From the NCBI GenBank assembly GCA_000165425.1, contig CT868080.1, positions 1 through 58,408 of the forward strand: DNA of 58,408 nt. The letters are read 5' to 3'. Of this stretch, positions 45,163 to 58,408 are shown piece by piece (position 1 is the first letter of the stretch; each line of letters begins with the position of its first letter). A program made the translations under genes and the position numbers. A model generated the notes under the pieces. The model was not told the origin of the DNA. It ran no database searches and saw nothing but the letters and a program-made list of their open reading frames with translations. The DNA comes from Paramecium tetraurelia. Its lineage: Eukaryota.

Positions 45163-47539
45163 AATTTATTAAAATATAATATTAAAATATAAGACATTGA
45201 GTTATTAACTTTTCGAGAATTATTTTTACAATAAATAATCAATATTGAATTGATTTAAACCATATTTCTCACCAAACCTGATTATCATGACCTTCTAGAT
45301 TTTCCTGTTAATTTATATTATTATTTTTTTTCTAAATTATGAAGTTTGGATGAATTCTTAAACTTAAAATCGTATGTATATGTAAATCAAATTTATGAAA
45401 ATCTCTTACATTCGAATGGCTTTTCCCCTAGACCATTAGTTTGATTGTATCTTCCATTGTTAATTTTTTAATCTATCCACAAAATGATTGCCAGATATTG
45501 AAATGTTAATTTATAATAAATTAAAAAGTTTAGAGATAAAAAATGATAGTGAAAAAAATTGACTGTTTTTAAGAAATAAGTATAATATATTAAGTTATTG
45601 ATAAATTCTAATTAATAATGAAAAATTTTAGTGGTTTATCTGAATTTAATTTAATTCGATTTTTATAATGAATAAAAACACTCTAAGGATACTTTTATAT
45701 GGTAGGTTATTCCTAATGAATATCTCATGGTTCCTCAAAATTGTTTGCTAAATTAAGAATTAATGATGCAAAAACTTGTTAGTTAATATCACTTTGAAAT
45801 CAGTAATCTTTATCTGATTCCTGTTTGTGGAATATTTTTTAAAGATTTAATAAATTTTGAATTAGTAACTATAGAATAATAGATTGATTTTAATTCTAGA
45901 TAATGGATTATCAATTCTAATTTTTCATATGTAATTTCATAAAGAATAAAAGAATTTTTAGAATAATTACTATATAAAACTTCGCATGTAACTATTTTCT
46001 TCATACCAATTTGAATTGATTAATTTAGATAGAATCATTAAAAAATTAAGTATCTTGCAAATTGTTTTTGAAAATTTACCAAGGTATCATTTAGACTATT
46101 AAAAATGCCATAAGCTGATTGAAGATAAACATTGAATAGTAAACTAGCAAAGCTAATTTTGATAAATTAATCAAATGATTGCTTTAATCAATCTATTATT
46201 TAAGAGGATGTTATTGATATACTAATCAAAGATCTTCTTTATTATATCAATCAATCTTTATAAAAAATAATTAAATCAAATTCGTTTAATTAAATAAATC
46301 ATTATAAACAAAACCAATGGAACAAGGTAAAATTAATTACATGATACATATCTTATATTCTTAATTAAATCTAAAAATTATATGGTTTAACCTGAAATAA
46401 AATGATTTAATAAGTTTATCTTTAGAATAATCTAATCGAATAAAAAATGAATGTTGTTTTGTAATAATTAAGTTTAAAATTTATGAAATATAAAGAAATA
46501 GAATTATAGTATAATTCCAATTGCTGATAGCTTATTTTATGGTTTTTAAGTAACAATAAGTAATGGATGTGCCAATAAAATGCTAATTGTTTGAATTGCA
46601 TCACGAGATGTTTAATATTGAACGAAAAAGAAATCTTAAGCAGTGAAGATATACCAATAAAATTTAGAGTAAAAATATAAATGTTAGTGTTTGTAAATAA
46701 TCGCAAATCATAAACATTGTGTTTATGGGTATGTTTGCATTAGTAACAAAATAATTTAAAATATGCAGATTTGAAAGCTTATAAAAGATTGATAAATACT
46801 AAGTGGGTAGTGATATAGAAAATCATAGTTGATTAATCTTTGATAATTTATGATTAGAAATTGAATTCGTAATTCAAAGAAAAAGGGTTTATATCTTAAT
46901 TTAATATGATCGAAAAAAGTTGCTGAGATTCTACTGAGTAGTCTATTAATTTTCAAAATCAAGTTTTTAAGTATGATGATAGAGGGTTTTAATTAATTGG
47001 GATGATTACTAAAAATATTTAAATAAAGAATATCATTTAGATGATTGTTTTATAATTATTACTTAAATTTCACAACATAATACAAAGAAATGCTGAATAT
47101 TATAATAATAAGAGAACGATATTTCAAGTATATACTTGGAATTATAGCAGCCAATTAAAAATAACATTGCTGATATTAAATGGAAGATAATTATAAAAAT
47201 TCCTTTATTGAATAATTAATTTCAAACTTCTCACTTTTCAACACTAATTTCTTTCATCATTTTGCTTATCACTTTAAATTTTATAGTTAAGTATAATTAC
47301 ATTAATATCATCATTTGAAACTTTTATAAATATAAATGGATTGAATACCAGAATGATTGAAATATAAGATAATATTAAATTATAAAATTTTTTTAAATTT
47401 ATTTAATGAATTTGTTTACTTTTTAAGATATTGCACGAATGAGAATATATCTAGAGATTTTGTTTAAATTTGGGATGTTAGGATCCATCAATTTACTTGT
47501 TGTCTTCAAGTTGATCTAAATAATCTATCTTGTAGGAAA

Positions 47540-47860
47540 TAGGGGTTTATATACAAAAATTGAGATGTCAATTTTGAAATTGGGAGCATGTTTCTGTATC
47601 AAAGAATAATTAAATATCTAATTCATTGTGAATCTTTGAGATGGTTTATACTTGAAGATTGATCCTGTCTCTAAATGGAGCATTCTCATGTAAAAGTTCA
47701 TATAATAAGATACCGAGAATATCATATGGCATCTACCATATACTCATAAACTTTGAGCACTCCATTTTTTCACATTTCCTTGATTTCCTTATAACAGATT
47801 CAATTTGTTATTATTTCGAATTCCTCAATTTGCTTCTACACTTACAGTTGATGATGAATC
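47540..47860 (-). pseudogene. Decayed kinase fragment, inverted copy of the ~30000-30300 remnant
   Basis: GILLYELLHENAPFRDRINLQV; no intact kinase ORF around it. Confidence 0.55.
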
Positions 47861-48271
47861 TATTATTTTTAATGATAAATAATTCAATATATTCTTCTAT
47901 CATAATTAAATTATATATCAAATTATATATTAGTATATTTTAAATTATTAACATAGTTCATATCAATTTAAATGTATTATAAAATACTACTCAATATCAA
48001 TGCATTCAACACTATAATCATTGTTTTGTGAGATTAAAATTTACAAGACATCAAATCGCAAAATTTATTCAAAATTTATGTTATTTTTTATTATTGCAAT
48101 ATTGTTCAATTTTCTAATAAAGGTATATATCTATTCTTCAATACCACAGAGTAATTAGAGGAATATATAAAAAGTTTAGTTGATTGAATAATACAAAGCA
48201 TGAGAAAAAATCACTTTAGTTTTATATTTTATATAAATAATCGTAATTCTATTATAAATAAATTAAATTAA

Positions 48272-51764
<3,493 letters not shown>

Positions 51765-54036
51765 AATTAATAATTTTAAATTATCAATTATATTTATATC
51801 ATTAAAAAGCATTCTAAAAAAGAAATATTATTTGTTAATAATCATTAATCTAAACTTAAATTCTATTAGAATTCAATGATTATAAATAAAAATTGGGCAT
51901 TTTGATATTTCCAATGTTAGTTAAAGAATAAAATGTAGTAGAGAAGAATAAATTGAAAAATTTTAGAAATGTAATTTATATTATATTCTATATACATATT
52001 GATTTACTATATAAGATTTAGTTCATAATCTTGTACATTTTCAGCTAATAATTTATTTAGTAAGAATCTAGTGTATGCTAGTTTCTAATATAATTTCATT
52101 AAAGTATAATATTATATATTAATATATATTTAATGTTATTAATATAAGATAACCATATTAACTTGAAAATATATATTGCAGTAATCATAATTTCCATTTT
52201 TTATATTTTACTCAACTCTCTTCAATTTATTATCAATTTTAATCATTAATTGTGATAAGATGAATGCTATCATAAATAATATATAATATGATACGAATCA
52301 CTCATTACATCAATATTGTAATTTAATTTATTTTTTAAACCACAAATTCATCAATGTTTAACTTTGTGAATTTTAGTACATTTTTTTTTTGATATTTCGC
52401 CGATTCAATTTCTTCTTAAGATCTATTAAATATGTTACATAGAATACATTTCTTCTAATGTATAAAATGGATTGACAGGTTAACAGAATTAGAAATTTAT
52501 CTTTTCTTAATCTAATTGGTGAATTGGATGTTTTTATCCTTTTTGTATCAAAAATAAAGATTAATAATTCCAAAACGAAGAGTGATTCGTTCATGGGAGC
52601 ATCAAATCCCTATTGTGAGTGGGGAGTTTCTAATTTTTATTTAGCATTAATCATATAACCTTCATGATTCTTTTGTGATTTCTCATCTCAAGGTTCAGAT
52701 TAACACTTTTGTCAAAAAAAGTAGTTTTGAAAAGCTTTAGATTTAATTAGCATGCTCCCATTTCCAAAATCAAGAGTATTTGATTTATCTCATTCATTAT
52801 TAATCGATATAAGTAGGTAAACCTTGGAAGAGATCTCTTTTGAGAAAATAAAATATTAATGATATAAAATCTGTTGTGGGAGGTTGGAAAACAATTGATA
52901 CGAATGTTTGAAAATGAAATAATCTTGGATTTGGTGTAAACAAAGATTTGAAAATGTATTATTGTAGAGGAAGAATCATTTCGCTGTCGGCTCTTAAGAT
53001 GCAATGAATTTGATGCGTATATATCATAGAAATTGAAAATATGAACAAATCTGAAATACGACAGATATATGGGACTAAAACATAATATCATCCTTTATAC
53101 CTTAAGGGATATAAAGTCTTTTTCTAAATTAAATTCTTCAAATAAGAAATGTATAATCTATCTAAGTTCATCTCCAGTTTAAGTTGTAATTCCCAAATCC
53201 GTAGTGTTCATAAAATGATGACATTCTTTTTAAGTATAACTTTTCTTTCTCCATAGTCCAAATTAATAATATGGACCTTAATTCAACGCTTATTAATGAC
53301 ACTATTTGAAACCTTTATCTTCATTATAAGAAATTATGCCCAAATTCATGACTTACGTTACATTTCCTTGTGGATTTTAATGTAACCCTTCTTTCCATAT
53401 TTTTCTCTTTTTATCAAACCCAAGACATTTCTCTAGTATATAGAAAATCTATCATTTTCCCTTATCTTAAATTAAATCCTCAATGAAGAACATCTTTAAA
53501 AAGTTCATTCATATATATTCCCCATTTCAATCAACTTTTAAAACATTCTAAGTTCTTTCTTTCAAAGATGATAAAATGATTTGTAGATTTGTAGATTAAC
53601 AGCTTTTGATCACCCTAATATTATAAATTTTAATACATTTAAATTAGTATTAAATCACTTCAAGCTTTCATTATAAACTCATTTTCTTATTAGTATATTT
53701 TATATAACTAGCCAATAACTTTGGATTCTAAATTTTTCCCTGGTAAGTACATCTTTTTAAATTTTGTTTATAAACTCAATAATTTTATTCGCAAATAAGA
53801 ATTAACCTCGCTTGGGTATTGACAGGTGCCTCATTGTTAGAAGATATCATCAAATACTTAGCTTTATTAAAATATGACTGAACCCTAATTCAATAAATTG
53901 AATGTCATGATAAATGGGAATATAAAATAGAAATACTAATCTTCAAAATCTTAATAGAACTTAATTCTTGCTTCAAAGTTGGTTACTATTAAATTAGCAT
54001 CTATATTAATATCTCTATCATCATAAATTAAACATA

Positions 54037-55778
54037 ATGAAACCTTCCCAAGAATCAAAAATGGTAGAATAAAATATGAAAAATTCTGTTATATCCATGA
54101 AATAGAATCCATAATCTTAACAAAATAATCAATCATCTTAAAGATTCCAAACAACAAGACCAGACCTTTGTCAAAACAATTTCAACGTTTAGAGTTAAAA
54201 CTTCGGATACTAACATTCGTTGGGACCAAAATATTCTTAATAATTACCCTAAACAGCTATTTCTTAGGAAATATTTGATGATGATGATTAAGTTCAAACA
54301 AATTTGGTCTAGGCAAAGCCGAATATGTATGACCTAGAAAAAGAACTAATTTTTGAAATCAAGACATTATAGAAGATGATTAAATTATCTAAAATCTCAA
54401 CTTAATAGTTGCCTGGAATCATTAGTATAAAAACAAAAGATCAATTAAATGACTAAGACCTAAATAGAGTTGGAGTAGATTTGGTAATGTTTTTAATTTA
54501 TTAAAGATTTGTTTGATCGATAAAAGCTCAAGTATGAATGGGAGTAAGATAGAGACTGTAAAATAAAGTTTGAAAGTTCTATTAACATTTTTATCAAATC
54601 AAGACCGTTTATAACTAATTATTTTTAATACCCATGCCAAAAGATTAACTCCATTGAAAAGAATAACAGAAGATAACAAATTGTACTTTACATAAATGAT
54701 TGATTAAATTAAGTCTGACGGAGGCACATAAATATCCTCAGCAACCTAGATTGCTATAAGCTAGTTAAAGGGCAGGAAGTATAGAAATAATGTGAGCTCT
54801 GTCTTTTTACTTTCTGATGGCTAAGACAATGATGCCACCTAATAAATATCAAGATGATTATGATAACTAAATGAGGATTTTACCTTGCATTCGTTTGGTT
54901 TTGGTAAGGATCATGATGCAGCTATGATGACATCAATTTGTAGCTTGAAAAATGGAAGCTTTTATTTTGTGTAGAATATTTCTTTATTGGATGAATTCTT
55001 TGTGGATGCTTTAGGAGGCTTAAAATCGGTTGTGGGTGAAAAATTATAGATTAAAGTTAACTTAAACCTCCCTAAAATATTAAATGGTTTGAATATTGCT
55101 AAGACTCATGGAGATATGTGGATTAATAAAGGGGATCATTATGAGATCAACCTTCCAATATTGATTTAAGGATCAAGAAAAGACTTTGTATTCGAATTGG
55201 AATTACCTTAATTAATTGCACAAATCTAAGATAATGAAAGAAATGCTTTGATTATGGAAGCTCAACTCTAAATTACTGATCCATTGTCAAAAAAGGACTT
55301 GAAAAAGTCTGCAACTCTAATTTTGACATTCTTCAATCAAGATGAATAAATTTACTAAAATGAAGAAGATATAGAAGTACTTGAATAATACAATAGAGTG
55401 ATAGTAGCTTAAATAATTGATGATGCAAGAAAATAATGCCAAAAATAGTAATTTGATGTGGCTTAAAATTAAATAGACGAAGTCATTGTACGATTGCAAT
55501 CTAATTAGCGAATGGCTTCATAGGCTCCTTCACTTATTTAAGATTTATATTAAGCAAAGCAAGCATCATAAAGAGGAACCTTCACTTCATATGGTTTAGG
55601 ATAAATGATGCAATTAAGTAGCAATAGTTACTAACAACAAGGAGTCAATTCTATTTTTTCTTTGGATGGGAAACAATAATAATAAAACGTAAGGTTTTAA
55701 AGTTATTCTAACAACTTGTAACAGAATATGGTCCAATAACTTTAATTAAGGAAAACTCAAAATGGAAATGGAAGCTGA
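54037..55778 (+). CDS. von Willebrand factor A (VWA) domain protein with two in-frame TGA codons (54855-54857, 54861-54863)
   Basis: MIDAS DLICLIDKSSSM (23-nt intron), GGTQI, VFLLSDGQD, LHSFGFGKDHD, FVDALGGL; otherwise uninterrupted to TGA 55776-55778. Confidence 0.8.
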
Positions 55779-58400
55779 AAAGACCACAGTAATAAGTTTA
55801 TGATAATTCATTTATTTATTATTTTATAAGTTTATCATATTAATTTTGAAATTAATATTTGAGGATTAATTCAAATTTGACTTTGAGTTGTTCTTATCAA
55901 TACTTATAAAAATGGATGTAAATTATATGCATTCATAATTTGAGATACTAAATTAGTAAAAAATTTTAATGCAATTTACTTTCAAAGAATTTTCAAACAC
56001 ACTATTAGAATTGTCAAATTAAGCACACTACATCTAGCAACACAACTTCTGTGTTTATATTGCCATGATGCAAAATGAAAATATCGTAAATTCCGAAGAG
56101 ACCACTGTTCTAATGCTAAGGTTAGTTCTGGAAAGGCTTTATAATTGAATAGATTCAGATAACTCAAAATTTGAAGAATTTAAAATTCCCTTAATAATTG
56201 ACAAACGAAAATACTTTATAAACAAATTATATTCAATTCAATTATTGATTTCAATTATAATATTAATATGAAAATTTCAAATTAAAATAGGTGCAAGACT
56301 TCATTCGCGAGTTTGTTGGAATTATATAGACTAATTTGAAAATGCGAGACCCAAAATAAGAAATTATGATTGTATAATCCTAGAATTAAAACAGAAGAGA
56401 GGTTATCAATTAATTTACTAAAAACTGTGCTATTTAAAATACGGCTACTTTAGCACTCATAATTATAATATTAGAGAGAGTATGCATTAAAACTATATTG
56501 AATTATCTTTTTTTATTATTTTTATTATAAACTTGTTGAATTGAAAATTACAAAATTAATTTATTATTAATTAAAAAGTTGAAATTTTATATCTATCTTT
56601 AATTCAATTTATATATTGATAACCCAAATTAATAATATCAATAATGGCATTCCAATTAGAGATTCATTATTAATTTCCTAATTAATTTTTTATTTATCAA
56701 TTCTATTAGAAAAATATGAAATATAGTTCAAAGTAGTTAAAGAGGCTAGACTAACAATAGATGAGTGAATAACACATATCCTAATTATTTTTATGTAAAA
56801 TGCTATTATTCAACTAATTTAGATTAGTCAAAAACTGTAATTCGTGAATTTTATGAACCTAAAAACAATTTAACTTTACTGCTCATTTCAACATAATTAA
56901 ATAAATGAATCTTTATGATTAGATATTTTTAAATTCGCAACCATAATTACAATTTATTTCAATATTTAATTGTATTAGCATGACAATAAGTGATCATAAG
57001 ATCATCATTAATAAGAAGCAAAAATAAAATGGAGGATTTTAATCCAACCAGAACTTGAATGCTTTGACTCACCTTATATTTTTATTTGATCCAAATTTCT
57101 TATTTTAACTACTAATGCTGTTTACTCCTAATTACAAAGTCTGTTGTAAATTATACTATATTCAGATATTATTTCCTATATTTTTGAGAAATCCTGTCCA
57201 AATCTATACTTTTATGTGGTTATGGTGTACGAGTACAAACCTTTGAAGTAATATCAATAATGAATTTTAAATATTTTAATGAGATGCAAGTTTGATATCT
57301 TAAAAGATTTATATTTCATAATATAATTATTTTTGAAAAACTCAATTGATTATATCCAAATGTGATTTTTTTCTTTTTTTTTATTTAAAAACTCCTCTTT
57401 AATAATAAGCTCTACTAATCTAATAATAAAATTTAATATTCAGTTTTAATTGGATATAAATATTTATACAAATATAAGTTAAATCAACGATTAAGCTCTG
57501 AAAAAAATTGAAATGCTGCTTATTGAATGGTAGAGAAGGAAGGTTTTCTGACTAGAAGAACACCATTACTAATGAGTTGAAACAAATACTATGTTAAGGG
57601 AGTTGATTATATTCGCAGCATGCTCGAAATATTGTATAAAGTCAGTATATAGTATATAGAGAAAGAGTGGCTGTAGTGATAAGCTATTGAAGCTAATATA
57701 CTTAATGAAATTAAAAAAAAAGAAAATACATTGAAAGAAATTCTCCAAGAATTAGAGCTAATAACTTGAAGATAATGAGTAAAGAGAACTTAGTGACTTC
57801 ATAATTCTTATTTAATGCCAAGATTGATCAAGACAAAAATAATAGTTAAAGCAGTCAGTAAGATTTAAATTGCATACTTGTCGCTTATATAAAAGATCGA
57901 CAAGCAAAGAAAGATAAAAATTTGAAATTATTAAAATGGATTATTTGATATACAGGGTTCAATTATTGGAAGAGAATCAGTAATAGTAATAGAGAAAAAA
58001 TTCTGAGTAAAGATTAGGGGTATCAATAACTTACACATAGTAAAAGAACTATGTTTGGTTCGAAAAAATATTGAAATAGGGGCTTTGAAGGAATATGATT
58101 GATTTTATTTTGTTAAAGGTGAGAACGAAAGGGAAAGAGGTATTCATTATTATTATTCATCATTAATATACATTTAATTCAAACTCATTATCATTCATCA
58201 TCAGGTCGATAAAGTCTAGCTGCTTTAGTAATTATATCCTTTTTTTATCTCCATATATGCTTCTTTTGCTTTTCCTAGAATGAAATCTTTCTATTATGGT
58301 CTCATAGTCATAAAACTTAGAGTGGTGTTAGAGTATGAGCATATAACAGCGGACACTCATAGATCAATCAGATTTGATAATGATTTATTGGGAATTCACG

Positions 58401-58408
58401 GTTTGGGT
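58401..58408 (+). other. Possible start of telomeric (TTTGGG/TTGGGG) repeat at sequence end
   Basis: Window ends in gtttgggt after a gene-poor stretch; only one repeat unit visible. Confidence 0.25.

Noticed and set aside
52373..53850. Possible minus-strand gene (ORFs 52373-52594 and 52747-53091)
   Set aside because: No consistent start, splice pattern or motif in any frame; treated as decayed sequence
54847..54865. TATCA...TGATA inverted repeat around the VWA UGAs as an IES or intron
   Set aside because: Only 19 bp (below the ~26-bp IES minimum), no GT..AG, and VWA motif spacing is normal without removing anything

Overview
AT-rich (~25-28% GC by eye) eukaryotic DNA from a ciliate macronuclear chromosome, almost certainly Paramecium. 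Genes read only with genetic code 6 (TAA/TAG=Gln, TGA=stop) and carry tiny 22-26 nt GT..AG introns, so the supplied standard-code ORF track is mostly fragments or noise. Re-translated by hand, the window holds about 20 genes: F-box-like, STIL/Ana2/SAS-5-like, two conventional Ser/Thr kinases, a pseudokinase, LITAF, HYLS1-like, CCT-motif, cNMP-binding, type-I membrane, Myb, two CNBD K+ channels, Sec24, IFT88, a P-loop GTPase and a VWA protein. A kinase/long-coiled-coil family occurs in four copies. Two of them form the arms of a ~5-6 kb inverted duplication, and paralog pairs share perfectly identical tracts suggestive of gene conversion. Highlights: (1) a ciliate protein with STIL_N, STIL central coiled-coil and STAN-like motifs next to a HYLS1-like gene, with an apparent +1 frameshift; (2) the mosaic kinase-coiled-coil family; (3) a VWA gene intact except for two in-frame UGA codons; (4) a GC-rich insert in a decayed paralog. 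Gene density falls towards the right end, which ends in a telomere-like GTTTGGGT. All family calls come from motif recall; no searches were run.
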